A stretch of 64,000 bases of DNA from an uncultured Burkholderiales bacterium (GTDB taxonomy: Bacteria > Pseudomonadota > Gammaproteobacteria > Burkholderiales > CAZDFJ01), in contig CAZDFJ010000005.1 in the NCBI GenBank assembly GCA_964504875.1, forward strand, positions 23,225-87,224, read 5' to 3'. Positions 62,658 to 64,000 of this stretch are shown here, one piece after another. The number at the start of each line of letters is the position of its first letter. The first letter of the stretch is position 1. The notes under the pieces are model-generated. The model was not told the origin of the DNA, made no database searches, and worked only from the letters and a program-made list of their open reading frames with translations. Position numbers and translations under genes: made by a program.

Positions 62658-64000
62658 ATGCTCAAAAATTCATTGCAACTAAAATTATCACAACAATTAA
62701 CATTAACACCGCAGTTACAACAAGCCATTCGTCTTTTACAACTTTCAACAGTGGAGTTAGAGCAAGAAATCGAGCAAATGCTCGCGGATAACCCCTTGCT
62801 CGAACGGGCGAATGATGAAGAAGATGGCGAGACAGACACGATCTCAACACAAACTGAACTTTCTGAATTAGAACGCTCTGAATTGGAGCAACAACAAACG
62901 CTCTTAGTCCTTGAACAAATGATTCAAGCTTATGAAACGGAAGAAATCCCGCCAGTCAATGAGTCCGTAGAACGACTGACTTTGGCAGATATTACTGACA
63001 CAGAATGGCTTGCCGAAAATAGCAGTAGTTATGGGAGTGGCGAAGACCATTTTCCTGAGGATGAAGACGAGAGTTTATCTTGGCAGAATCAACTCACTGC
63101 AAATGTCACATTGCGCGAACATTTAATCAGTCAAGCTCGGCTTTTGCGGATTTCAGAAAAGCAATTACAATATGTTTTATTAATTATTGAATATCTAGAT
63201 GAACGCGGTCTTTTGACACTTTCTTTAGAAGAATTATCTCTAGAAATTGATCCAGAAAAAAACGAAGTAACTTTACTTGATGAATTAAGCCAAGCTCTTG
63301 ATTCTGTGCAATCTTTAGAACCTGTCGGAGTGGGGGCACGTTCACTGAATGAATGTTTAATTTTACAGTTAAAAGCGTTGGATACCTTGCCTGAGGAAAT
63401 CGTACATCTGGCTTTAGAAATTCTCCAATTTCATTTAAATTTATTTGCTTCTCGCGATTTTAACAAATTAAAACGTCTCTTAAAATGTGATGATGACCAA
63501 TTACGCGAAGTACAAAATCTTATTTTAAAATTGGATCCAGATCCGTGTCGTGAATTTGAAGAAGTGGAAACGCGTTATATTGTACCGGACGTGATTGTGA
63601 CAGAAGGATCTCATCGTTGGATTGTTCAACTCAATCCGGATGCCCTTCCCCGCTTGCGGGTAAATCATGTTTATGCCAATATTTTACAAAATCATCGTGA
63701 GAGAGAACGACCTTATTCAGAATTACTGTCTCAATTGCAAGAAGCAAAATGGATGATTAAAAATATTCAGCAACGGTTTGAAACGATCTTGAAAGTTTCA
63801 GAAGCAATCGTCACAAAGCAAGCTGAGTTTTTTCAAAAGGGTGAAATTGCGATGAAGCCGCTTGTTCTCCGTGATATTGCCGAAGAAGTCAATTTACATG
63901 AGTCAACGATTTCGCGGGTCACCTCACAAAAGTATATGCTGACGCCCCGTGGTTTATACGAGCTGAAATATTTTTTCAGTAGTCATGTTTCGAATCAAGA
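62658..64000 (+). CDS. rpoN: RNA polymerase sigma-54 factor (partial; 3' end runs off the window)
   Basis: Absent from the track because no stop lies in the window. ATG 62658 gives MLKNSLQLKLSQQLTLTPQLQQAIRLLQLSTVELEQEI (region I). Later comes ...LHESTISRVTSQKYMLTPRGLYELKYFFSS (HTH region). Confidence 0.93.
   Translation, partial: MLKNSLQLKLSQQLTLTPQLQQAIRLLQLSTVELEQEIEQMLADNPLLERANDEEDGETDTISTQTELSELERSELEQQQTLLVLEQMIQAYETEEIPPVNESVERLTLADITDTEWLAENSSSYGSGEDHFPEDEDESLSWQNQLTANVTLREHLISQARLLRISEKQLQYVLLIIEYLDERGLLTLSLEELSLEIDPEKNEVTLLDELSQALDSVQSLEPVGVGARSLNECLILQLKALDTLPEEIVHLALEILQFHLNLFASRDFNKLKRLLKCDDDQLREVQNLILKLDPDPCREFEEVETRYIVPDVIVTEGSHRWIVQLNPDALPRLRVNHVYANILQNHRERERPYSELLSQLQEAKWMIKNIQQRFETILKVSEAIVTKQAEFFQKGEIAMKPLVLRDIAEEVNLHESTISRVTSQKYMLTPRGLYELKYFFSSHVSNQ

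Noticed and set aside
62513-62850. Two minus-strand ORFs (108 aa and 62 aa).
   Set aside because: They are antisense to the unmistakable RpoN region I coding sequence that starts at 62658.

Overview
Visibly AT-rich proteobacterial chromosome segment. Gene content and order (cmk-rpsA-ihfB, prmA next to a zinc-ribbon/DUF3426 gene, a roughly 1280-aa DUF3683/GlcD/GlcF-type fusion) fit Betaproteobacteria best, but that is inference only. About 50 protein genes are supported, mostly housekeeping: cmk, rpsA, ihfB, polA, rph, fbp, nrdB, topA, dprA, def, obg, guaA, tadA, ribF, hslVU, hrcA, lolA, prmA, prmB, dapE, purL and the 5' part of rpoN. I found no rRNA, tRNA, CRISPR array, transposase, integrase or phage gene. 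Two regions look accessory. (1) At 9.7-19.2 kb there are three methyl-accepting chemotaxis protein (MCP) genes separated by unusually long AT-rich spacers. Two are tandem paralogs with conserved upstream blocks, and one carries a 16-nt in-frame poly-G tract, a candidate phase-variation switch. (2) At 43.3-46.6 kb a two-gene module sits between the heat-shock loci hslVU and hrcA. It encodes a protein built from two degenerate AAA+-like halves with P-loop and Walker B residues lost, followed by a signal-anchor / caspase (peptidase C14) / TM / TPR protein with an intact His/Cys dyad. This is my best candidate for an undescribed system. Other oddities: a small unknown ORF translationally coupled to nrdB, an orphan MshL-type secretin, an orphan NtrB-like kinase, an orphan FecCD permease, a PolA whose 3'-5' exonuclease motifs look degenerate, a duplicated prmB, and a membrane methyltransferase coupled to an HDOD-GAF protein. 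All calls come from reading the ORF translations and the DNA by eye. Hairpin coordinates were indexed by hand and may be off by 1-2 nt. No searches were run.
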